This document shows, one piece after another, positions 37,201-49,700 of a stretch of 64,000 bases of DNA. This DNA comes from Phoronis australis. Its lineage: Eukaryota > Animalia > Phoronida. The notes beneath the pieces were generated by a model. The model did no database searches. It saw nothing but the letters and a program-made list of their open reading frames with translations, and was not told the DNA's origin. The stretch lies in NCBI GenBank assembly GCA_002633005.1, contig NMRA01000103.1, positions 18,576-82,575 on the forward strand, in the 5' to 3' direction. Position 1 is the first letter of the stretch. The number at the start of each line of letters is the position of its first letter. A program made the translations under genes and the position numbers.

Positions 37201-40200
37201 CATCGGTTATTTCCGTACCCACATTTCCGGCTCATCAGTTTAGGAACTTGTCCTGAACGCCGCCATTTTTTCCTTGTAACTGAATGTGCTATGGCTTGCT
37301 CGAAAAGTCTTCATTATTTTGTTTTATTAGTAATATATCGTGATTCGTTTGCATATGTAGTGTACTAATAGTTTGTAGTTAGTGGTCGTTTTTTTGGAAT
37401 GTTACGCGTACTTTGTATGTTAAAATAGCATTGGTGTTTAGTTCCTTACGTAGGCGGGTCGAACCTAGGAACCAATATGGGTTGAACCAATTTTTCATCA
37501 GTTTCATTTTTTCCTCGTTTTGAAAAAGTACTTTGCTATCATCGGAAAGGTAGAACATTCTACTCAGTAAAAATCGAAAAAGTATCAAAATCGGGGCAAG
37601 CACTGTAAAGTTATTGCAAGTTTTGTGGCGAAATTTGGGTCACTTTGTTTGGATCGCGTCGGCCATATTGGGGGACAGCAGGATGAGTTACGAGTTTAAA
37701 ACTGTGTAAATTGTTTTCGCCAACAAATTACGGTGAAATTTAGTTAGACATATCTTTACTACAGGGCTTGGAATGCCCAATGACAAAAAACGCGGAAACT
37801 TTTACGGCCCAAAATGGCCAAATCATGCGCGCTACCCAGCCTTGAAATGGTCGATGCGATGTGAACCTTTCACCGACAAAAATCGGGAGGACCAAAAAAA
37901 AAACGTTACCACCAACAGTAGCATTAGTCTGCGCCGTTTTAGCTCGTCCATCCACTCCCAACCCACCCATTTTTGGCTGCAGAGCCGTAGTATTTGTCGC
38001 CGCGGTTTACAATAACACGAGACGCCATTGAAAATCCCACCACGCTATCCCAGATGCCCCGGCAATGTTGACAATTTACGTTCCTCCGAAACATAAAGAG
38101 CAACTTCCACTTTTCGAGGTGAACGTTGTCTGCAACGCCGCGGTAAGAAAGGAATTTGCCGCGGTAATTTTATATCAAATCCGATTTTTTTACACGGAAA
38201 TATAATAAAATGCGCGGACAGAACATTTGAAAAAAGCGGAAATTCGCGTTTCCGCGGAAAATTCCAAGCCCTGAGTGTTATATTTCATCTGTTTTTGTCC
38301 TGTGATTATGCCATATCTACCATGAAGCCAGACGAACTCCAAGAAAATGTCAATCGTTTCAAACTACCAAACACTACCTGCACTAGAATCCGTCTCCACA
38401 TCATTAAGAGCAGTCTTGTCTTGCACAGATTCGTTAAGCAGATCCAGTTTGGTCGGACCATCAGTGATTGAAGGCACCAGGGCATCTAATCTATAAGTAA
38501 ACAAAAGTAAAGGCTGATGGTTGCTGCAGGTAACAGATACACTGTAACAGCACATTTATCAGGCACTCCATGGCTCATTTCTAGGGCCCATTATTGACCT
38601 CATTCCTCCCTGAAAAAATTTAATAACCACATGAAATCCCCCTCACCAGGCCCAAAATTCTCATTTAATGATCAAAATATAACCATCAAAAAATCCCCTT
38701 GATGTTACAATTAGTTTCATTTCACAATCAGTAGCAGGTTATATTAACTGCAGGAGTCAATACTTCTCAGCCATGCATTATAGCTTCAATGCACCAACGG
38801 AATTTGGATTAGTTTACTTCAAGGACAGGGGTGATCACATAGTATATTGAAGAAGAAATCCAGCAATGCTGACTATACGGTACCCATTTAGGTTTCCCAT
38901 TGTTGCAGAAAACTCCCCCATCAGAAGACACAGGCAATTTACAGCTCATCTCAGCGCAGCCTACATACAGTATGCAGTGTTTCCCCTGGAGCATGGTCAG
39001 GGCTCAACGTTAACTTTTTAAGCTACTTGCCCCCTTCGGTCAAGTAGCTGAAATTTTTATTTGCCCGAACAACAAACTCACTTGCCCTAAGTACAATTTC
39101 AAACAGCACCTACATGTGCACACTTAGGTAATGTGTTACCGCAGGGCTGTCTGTGCTGAGCCTCCTCTAGTGCTGTGCATGCTAAATGCTTGAGTAGCTA
39201 TTAACAATTCTTCTTCTAACAATGGTCATCGGTACCTTGTATTAGTTTAAAATCAAATTTTAACATAATTATAATAATGCCACATCTACATTTATTTTCA
39301 ATACATAATTACATTTTTGAAAAAAAGACCGAAAAAAGTCATCCTTCACAGCGACAATCCTGAAGACCGTATTCCTCTTCTTTTGGAGTCGCCACCGGGA
39401 GCTGGGAATTCATAAGAATTTTCCTTTGGAATTCGCCCCAAATAATTACACGGCCTTTAAAACTGTGTAGTGTAGAAAATAACATGTGCTTTTGCGTTTA
39501 GATGAATGACTTGCATCTGCCGACGAACGCAGTGCTTCCCACTGCACTTGGGAAACGTCAGCAAAAATCACACGTCATCCCTTGTTCACTGTCTCGCAGG
39601 TCAAGAAACCTAATTTCCCACGACGGAACTCACCCCCGCACTTTTTTCTACTCATATTGTTGCTTTGATTCTTCCTGAGGTCATTTTTTAGCAACTAAAC
39701 CAAGGGCAAGGACATTTTGCCAGAGTGCAGATGATCAGTAGCATCATTTGACAACTTATTCAGAAACTGCAGGGCACGTTCAGAGAATCGAAAGGATTTG
39801 ACCACGGGCATCATTTGTGTACGCAGCATCACACAATTTTCCTGACGATGCTCATTCGAAGACGGGAGTTTCTTTGATGGCCACCAGGAGTTTTTCAACG
39901 GTATTTAGGTTTATGTCGAGGTTCGTTACTTTGGAGCAAGTGTCGAACAGACAATCTTAGTATCTACTTGCCTATGCGGTTAGTACAGGCAGGTACTTTT
40001 CAAATTCCACTTGCCCGACGCAACCTACATGTCGGGCAACCCTTAGTGTTGAGCCCTGAGCGTGATGGTGAATGACCCCAGTGTAAGCGGAGCCCCATGC
40101 AGTAATGAAGTGTCATTATGTGAGCTCAGTGTATCATTGTAATGTACTTTAATTAGCAACTCAAGTGGAACAGGGCTTCAGATCACACATAAACATTGAA

Positions 40201-43200
40201 TTCTCTGGCTCTAGGCATGTACATGGGCTCTAGCCATGTACATGGGCTCTAGCCATGTACATGGGCTCTAGCCATGTACATGGGCTCTAGCCATGTACAT
40301 GGGCTCTAGCCATGTACATGGGCTCTAGGCATGTACATGGGCTCTAGCCATGTACATGGGCTCTAGCCATGTACATGGGCTCTAGCCATGTACATGGGCT
40401 CTAGCCATGTACATGGGCTCTAGCCATGTACATGGGCTCTAGCCATGTACATGGTACAAGGAATAGTTGAACTTATTTAGATCTAATTAACTAACTTGTA
40501 TAATGAAACATCCATTGGTATCATTTATTGTATTCTTGCTCAACATAAATTAGTTGGATCGCCGTTAGCCGGCAAATCAGACGATAGGCATTCCATGCAC
40601 AGGACTGCTGAGATATCTGGTTTATGATTCATTAAACTATTGAGAGTTTGTGCAACATAAATCACATTGTTGTACTACCTCTTTCGTAAACGTGAACACA
40701 ATAAAATCGACCATTGCACCACCCATTTCATTAGTGTTCCCTGGCACTTCACCATTTTAGAAATTCAAGTAATGTCAAAGTCGATACCTGGTCCCCAACA
40801 GAATTCAAAATTAATGCTGTTCACTGTCGGATAACCAGGCAATACTTTATGTCGGTCACTAAGCAAAGACGAGGATGGAAGGGGATAACATGATTAAATT
40901 TAACAAAGGAAAAAGTTCAAAATCCAATTTTAATTATTGCCAGACGTCATGCCAACAATCCATAATGTGACAGTGTCGTCATGCCAACAATCCATAATGT
41001 GACAGTGTCGTCATGCCAACAATCCATAATGTGACAGTGTCGTCATGCCAACAATCCATAATGTGACAGTGTCGTCATGCCAACAATCCATAATGTGACG
41101 GTGGCACAAGTTACCTGTAAGTTGTAGTAAAGGTTCTCAAACACAAGCAAAAGGTCTTCTTATCCATTTAGCTTTCGTCCACCAAGGGCGAAGGACTTCG
41201 CACATGCGTAGACAGTACCCGCATGTAGAAATGAGGCAACACAATGCAACGTCCGTTTATTGTGGGGTTACCACATTTGATCTGGATATCTTCCCTGATT
41301 TTTATGGGAATATCTCTATTGCCACAGTCAATAATGTTCACAGACTCCTAGTCAGTCTCATGGTCAAATTTGTGAGCAACTGATCATGGTCTGATATTCC
41401 CAGAAAAGGATGCTGTCCAGATCAAGATAGGTAACACTACTATAAACAGGGACTTTGGCATTGAGTTCCAAATGGATGCTATCTGCGCTTGTGCCAACTG
41501 TGTAGGAAGTCTGTGTCGTTCTGACAAAGTCCTCTGCCCATGGTGGACGGATGCTAAATGGGCAAGAAGACCTTTACCTTGTGTCCGAGAATCTTTAGTT
41601 ACAGTGTGTCACCAAGCTGGTGAATTGTTTTGGATACCTGTAATTTGTGTCAGTCAGGGGTGACACAAAATATGTTAGCATATACAAACAGATGACAAGG
41701 AGAGAAACTGATAGTGACTGAGGAGGACACCTGGTGAGGAAGGGGAACACTCAGTTAATTGTTAGCTTATAATTTCAACACCTTGTTTTATTGTTTGTAT
41801 TGCATTGTATTCAATATCACTTGCATTTGTGAAAGCCTTCTTGGAAAGCAGTGATGTCACTGAAGACGTCACGTCCATTTTAAGTATGACAATAAATAAA
41901 TACTAAGTGTCTACCTGCGGCGGTCTGTTTCATCCTCCACAGACTTGTTAGGTGCTGTTGTGACAGTAGGTACAACTTGGTAACGCTGGAACAGCATCAT
42001 CATCTTTATGCAACACAAACTACTTATAGTATCCTTAGTATACTTATAGTTTTGGTTGTTAAACGGTCATGAAAAACTTTGTTGGAACAAATCACATCAA
42101 GAGAGTAATCCATGTCACATGATCAGAATAGCATTTGAATCTTGAAAATAATATTTTGTCTTCTGTGAACAAAACGGACTTATGCTTAGGGCTGTTCCAG
42201 TAAAATCTAAGGTTTCGTAACATTAATTTTGTTAACATATAACTACAAAAACACCAATACCAAACAATTACCACTTGTGATCAGTAAATGTTGGACAGTG
42301 TCTCATACTCTTACAACACTAAAGAGCTGCATGTTGAATGTTTTTATGATCACATGCTGTCACAAAAATTTGAAGAAATTGAAATTAAACAGACCATGGC
42401 ATTGTCCCCAAACAGATCTTTCACCACAGCCAGGGCTTTGTCCGTTCTCAGCAGTGTCTCTTCAAGCTATAACAAAACATGCTTTACTGATATTTTATAT
42501 TCAGCAAGTCATGTGACTGCCACAGTCTAAATAATACAAACAACTGCAAAACAAAGAGACTACAAATCCACAAACCAAATGCTTGCAAGATAGTTTGACC
42601 ATATAAATGTCCACAAGGTACTTTGACCCTATAATGTCCACAAGATACTTTGACCATATAAATGTCCAGATGATACTTTGACCATATAAATGTCCAGATG
42701 ATACTTTGACCATATAAATGTCCAGATGATACTTTGACTCTATATATGTCCAGATGATACTTTGACCATATAAATGTCCAGATGATACTTTGACCCTATA
42801 TATGTCCAGATGATACTTTGACCATATAAATGTCCAGATGATAATTTGACCATATAAATGTCCAGATGATACTTTGACCATATAAATGTCCAGATGATAC
42901 TTTGACCCTATATATGTCCAGATGATACTTTGACCATATAAATGTCCACAAGTTACTATGACCATATGAATGTCCACAAGTTACTTTGACCATATAAATG
43001 CCGAAAAGATACTTTGACCATATAAATGACCACACGGTACTATGACCATATAAATGTCCACAAGATACTATGACCATATAAATGTCCACAAGGTACTTTG
43101 ACCATATGAACAACGTCTGCAAAACATTTTCAACAATGTCCAGAAGACACTTTGACTATACAACCATATTATTTTAGACACACTGTAAACAATGTCCCAG

Positions 43201-43702
43201 CATTAACAACGCATCAAATTTCTGCAGTCGGTATTTTCTTTTACAAAACAACGATACATCCTTTTATGCCATACGCATTGAATCAGTTGATTGCAATATG
43301 GCCAAGTAATATAATCTGTTTTCACCTCCTGCACTACTTCAAGAGTGCCCTCTGGTATGGAAAGTTTAAAAGGTAGGTCGACTCGATGTCGTTAGCTAGT
43401 TCGATCATCAAACTTTCCGAAAATAGTTTAAAGTAATACAGTTGCAGCAGTATAAATATCACTCGACATGCAATCAGGCCCTAAACGTAACATCTGGTAC
43501 AAAACTATTAATTATGACACTTCTGTCTCAGTTTAAAATTGCTAAATATTATATCGTCTGCAACTTAGGCACCGATTGCTCAGTAACCACAGTATCAAAT
43601 ATTGTTCTTAATTAACTATTTTCAGGCAATGTTACAAGTTCAATGCTTAATTACTAGATAAAACTTAACCTAACGCACAGGTACACACACGCGCGCGCGC
43701 GT

Positions 43703-43756
<54 letters not shown>

Positions 43757-46700
43757 GATGTGATCTGCCACGGGTGAAGTATTTAAAAAATTTGCCGAAA
43801 AATGAAAGAAACTTAGGAATTCGAAGTAAATGGGATAAATACAAAACGTAACTCGATTGGGGTCTCGGTCGATACGCGGAATAATGTCTCATGGTATGTT
43901 ACTTCACCTACGCCACTTTCCGTACATTTTGTGTTCATCTTTCAATTCAAATAGGTCACAATAAACAGGGATATACTTAGCCACTCACTCAGTCGCCAAT
44001 GTGAGTAAAAATGGCGCTGGGCGAGTAGAAATTGTCTTTCCGGTTGCCCAGGTGGCAAGCGAATTTTTAGAGCACAAAAGCAGTTTACAATTTCACAGAT
44101 GAACATGAATAAATTTTCTCCTCCTTGTGCTGTTTTCATCATGAAAACAAAGGTTCAGTTTGGTCAGCGTTTCGATGCTCCGGCAGTAAAAAACATCAGC
44201 GCAGTGCACTCCTACCGATTCAGTAGATATCACCCCTTATGCGATTCATCTAGACAAGAGATCACAGTGGGTGGTCGTGCACAAAGGAATTTGTGGACTA
44301 GTCTGAATCGCAAAAAGGGGGGGGGGGAAACACGGAAGACCAGTCCATGTGCTCACAGCAAGTGAAATTGGGAATCTGAAAAACAGGGGCTGGGTGGTTA
44401 AAATCGAAATTTTTGAAAAGCATTGAGGTGTTCCTTACTGCACGGAGGACCGAGTTTACCCTCACAGAGCTACACTGACGTTGGACTTCAAGCATATCAG
44501 TTAAAAGATAGGTTTGGGGAATGAAGTAACGGACTTCCGACGGCCTGTAATGCACGATACAGTCTTGTGATCCGGAGCGTGATTGGGTTTTTACGTACCT
44601 CGGTGGCTGTTCGTCATGTCTTAGAACTAAGGTATTCATACGGTCAGTAGAGCAAGTTACTTGAGAGAAAAGACAGATCAAGCAAGATTCTGCTAGTTCG
44701 CGGTGTACTTTTAAGGGAAGCACTTGATTTTGTAAAGATTTGCTTCCTGGTTGACACCTAGGCAACCAAACACCTGCTAATGATTGACAGATCTTCTAAC
44801 TGATTACTTTGAACTTAGTTTGAACAATGTAACATTTTATATACATTGTATATTTCTTTTTTAGTTCAAAGCCAAAACCGCGCTTTTTCAAAGCACGTGC
44901 TCAACAATCCGACGATATTACTATTATGCATCGGGGTGCTGGATTGGCTGCCAAAACAATAAAGCAAACACACATGTAAAAAGTCACCGGGCAAATCAAA
45001 AGTTCAAAGAGTAAGTTTTTGACCACGTGGATGTAGACAGAATGTTTGACTTAGCTTAACTACAAGTTAATTTCTTGTGCTGTTGCTTTAGGTTGGGCGC
45101 TTCCGTTTTGGTGTCAGAAGTGAGGAAGAGTGCAGTTTGTAATAAAACTACTTTTGTGTCAGATTTTATCTGGTCAGTCACATCGGTGCTGTATAGGCTG
45201 TAGTCTACATTACTACATTGCATGTAGTTTTGCGCCAAGGCAACGTCTTGCGTTGCAGGGAATTCATCGACTTCAAAAGTTTCTTAGTAGGAATTTATTT
45301 TCTAAAAATGATACTAGCCCTAATAGATGGTGACACCAAAGCATGAAACAATGCTTTTTATTGACATTGGCAGCAAGTGACGCAAACAGCTGGGCGACTG
45401 ATCTTCGGGCTGGGCGAGTAGATTTTCTGGCTCACTCGCCCAGCTGGTGAGCGGGGTTTTGAAACCTAGATATATCCCTGAATAAATCACCCATAATACC
45501 CCTGACAGTCATACTGTCTTCGTCACCATGACAAACAGCTTAATGAGCCTGACAGTCATACTGACTTAGTCACCATGACAAACAGCTTAATGAGCCTGGC
45601 CTAACCTCATAATGACCCACAAATTATAATAAATCCTTGAAACTGTTTCTAATCTGAGTAATTAACAAGACGAGAAGTCTGGTATAAGAGTTTGTGGCCT
45701 GAATGAACAGTACATAAGGTTATAGGTTTATAGCCACTTGTCAAACCTCCAAATTGTGGATGTTCACAAAAAGCGCACAAACACCCGTTCACTATGGTTG
45801 AAAGTTTTGTACTAATATTTCTTTTAATTGATTAGCCCATGGTTTACTGTGATTGAGATTATTATCAGATGCTACTATTTCTTTCAATCGATTAGCCGAT
45901 GTAATAAAGCAATCATCAAACTCTCTATATTGAGAGATATCCAACAATTACATGACATGATATTGGACTCTTGTGGAATGAAAAAATGTGATTAGAAGCG
46001 AATGACTGAAAGGGTCAATGTACCTTTATCTTTCAACTGGCAATATGAGCCTCAAATCAGTGGAAAACATATTAAATACCTGTGACTGGTCATGCAAAAC
46101 TTCACGCAGGAGACGTGAAGAGCCCTCTGACACTTGACGAGAGAGTTGAGCAGCTTTGATGGCTTCGCGCTCTCTTATCAGGTCCAGGTTTGTTGAGCGA
46201 TGGGCCTCCCGACGACGCTTCTGCAACAACACGTCAACTCATATATCAATGTAATTGCAAGTCAACGAGTGAATGTGTGCTTGAATACCTCTTTTATAAT
46301 ATTTCCGTGTTAATTGTGCACACAATCACTAGTTCCTTTTCAAAATAATAAGCTGTTCTGTACAATGCGTTGCACATTGTAAGGATATGTAGCTGGGGCC
46401 CACAACCCCAGCCATGCTCACTAATAGTATGATTTCTGGGTAAATAATGTGCTATTAATGAAAAAAAAAGAAAATGTTCATGGCAACTACAACTATTTAT
46501 ACACACAAGGGATTACAGGAATGAGCTGTTAATATTACAAAAGGTTCACTATTAGGTAAATAAACTTTGTCAGAGTCCAAGTTACACCCAAAATAACATT
46601 GTTGTACTGCACGCTTAGAGAAAATTGTATTGGAGTTAAACTTTAGACTTTATATTTGATGACCAGCAGATGGCTCCAGGATAAGGTGTCCACCTACCTA

Positions 46701-49700
46701 CAAACAGGGTGTGCACCCACCTACAGATAGGCTGTCTACCCATATACAGGTAGGGTGTGCACCCACCTACAGATAGGCTGTCTACCCATATACAGATAGG
46801 GTGTGCACCCACCTACAGATAGGCTGTCTACCCATATACAGATAGGGTGTACACCCACCTACAGATAGGCTGTCTACCCATATACAGGTAGGGTGTGCAC
46901 CCACCTACAGATAGGCTGTCTACCCATATACAGATAGGGTGTGCACCCACCTACAGATAGGCTGTCTACCCATGTACAGATAGGGTGTGCACCCACCTAC
47001 AGATAGGCTGTCTACCCATATACAGATAGGGTGTGCACCCACCTACAGATAGGCTGTCTACCCATATACAGATAGGGTGTGCACCCACCTACAGATAGGC
47101 TGTCTACCCATATACAGGTAGGGTGTACACCCACCTACTGATAGGATTCACAACATCTACAGATTTGAAGGGTACTTCTCTGACCTTTCTCAACCAAACA
47201 CACAATGTGATGCCTGGTAAGTTGCATGCTATTCTGTTATTCAACAGTACAAGACAAAAATACTTATAAAAATCCTGCATTTGTCAACAAAACTGTTGGG
47301 TAAATGGTGCCAAACTTTTAATTGTAGAATGACTCTCAGTCACCCACTTACTACCCACTTAAACTCCATTTCTACATACACTTCAACTTACAATCTCTTC
47401 AGGAGTTGCTTTATAGACAGAAAGATCAGATACGGTGCTCTGAAACGAACAAGATTCAAAATATGAGGTAAACGGCAGACTGTGAAGCTGACAGATATGA
47501 AGCAACAAAAGCAGTTTTTCAATTTTTAAAAACATTGAAACATCAGTTCTCCTCATCTGGGTCAGACATTATCAAAGGATACTATATGTAAAGGTATTAA
47601 TGGTGAAGGTTTAAAATAACAACAGTAAAAACCAATATGAAAGTAATGGCACCTGAAGGAAATTAAATATTAATGATATTGCAGCCACTTTTATCAACCC
47701 AGGGTCCTGTTATGTATAAGTACTACATTTGATAATCACAAGGAGACCGTCAGCTGTCACATTGCCATTGCTGAAAAATACATTTCAATTGACAAATCCA
47801 AGTTTTAAAGACGCATGGAGCTCGAAAGCCCCTCAAAAATATCTTTTAAAAATTCAGGACGAAAGTACCATTTAGCAACGTCCAGTACAGTGCAATTCAC
47901 TTTCCCCTGCAAAGAAATTTCCCCCAAAAAATCAAGAAATTCACGATTTTTGAAATACGCCCGGAGAACAAAATCTGTGGTTACCACAAAGTTTCTAATC
48001 TCCTCCTACTAACCATAAATGTGCTGTCAGTTGCTTGAAGTCACTTGAGGTCAAAGGTCACATAATTTATATAAGGGAAATGTGCTACGTCTTAGTCTTG
48101 CCATACCAAATTAGGAGAAGTGTTTTGCTTTGTGGGAGAAAAATCAACTAAGTGGCGAGCAGATGGCAGATCGTATTTTTGAAATTTGAAACTAAAAGAA
48201 ATTGCTTTGATATCAACAGAAGCTAAAAATCTTCAAGAACAAACCCTTAACATACCTGATGAACAGGTTGAATTCTATTTCAGTAACAGAGAACCACCTT
48301 CAATATTGCAATTTAGTATCTTTATTGTGGTCCAGGCCTTTTTATAGTTTTACTAGCCGTTACCCGTGTGAAAGCACGGGTAGCAGCTAGTAGGAAACGC
48401 CAAGGGGAAATAGCTACACCTATAGAGTGAACTGCGTGTTCATCGCAAGAGAAAGGAATATTACTAAAGAGGCCATGTTCAAAGCTTCAAGCAGAATTCC
48501 TGTCAGTGTCAGATATTAGTAAGCAAGGGATTCTTTCCCTAGGCAGTACAAATTTCTTTCCAGAACATTTGACCCTGCCGTAACATTCACCTTGCTGTTA
48601 CTGCCGTTCATAGAAGTAAAAAATCTATTAACAAAGGAAATCTGTCGTCGTTGCTCATGACACGCGCACGTAGGCCTACGCGCCATTTCCGAAAACTTTG
48701 CGATATCTCTTGAGAGTTTGTTCTGAAATTGGGTTTTCTGGTATTAAAATAGTAAAAACTTGTAACGAAATGAAACCACTTCCGATTGTTATGATCTGTG
48801 CACAACCTTGCAGTTGATTGCAGAACATGGAAATTGGCCAATAGGTGACGCAATCGGGCGCCCAAAGAGCGCATGGAAATTTTAGCAGCAGAATAACTGA
48901 AGAACAACAATGTTCCAACATCCGGGTAAATAATTTAGTTTACTCAAGGAAGAGTAAACAATTTTTAATGAGGCATCATTAATTTAGGTAGTGACAGGCC
49001 CGATGAATTATATACGTGACAAAAGCCGGAGGGAGTGAAATTAAGCCGACGGAGTGACGTCACCCAGGCCGTTGAGCTGACCGAATGATGTTACCAAGGC
49101 CAGTACGAAGCTGGCCGCCCTCCCTCCGCGTCTGCTAAAAAACGACCCACGAGAAAAATATAGGACACCTCGAATCCTAATATGGGGCCGGTGCAATACC
49201 TGGGACCACGGCAGTGCCGAAACAGGTGCAACGAAGGTCTGTAGTGGAGTGGGGGAGACTGAGTTTGTGCAAACGATGCATTACATACAACCCTGTTCTG
49301 CTATGTATCTGGTATCTTGGACAAACCGTGAAACGGGCAGTTCAAACTTTTCTAATATTTTCCTATCGAGATCCTCACAGAGGTCTGTTTCACCAAGAGT
49401 CTTATCTTCTTTCTGGTCAAGCCAACTTCCCAGTTGTAGAGATTTCTCGACTTCGTGAAACAGGCTACTAGTAAGCCACCAGTAGACTGATTTTAAGCCG
49501 GAAGTCAAAAAACAAAAGCCAACAGACTTTGTATGAAGCAGGTGCCTAGAGTCACGAGAGTGGCTCCATCTTGACAAAATACAAGGACTACACAATACTC
49601 CATAGCTGGTGCATCACTCAATATATGCCATAATGTAACAAAACTTTACCAGGAAACAAAAGCAAAAAATGACTTTTTCACAACTATCACTCACGTCCCA

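Noticed and set aside
42501-43122. 158-aa and 108-aa ORFs
   Set aside because: Artefacts of a 28-bp minisatellite
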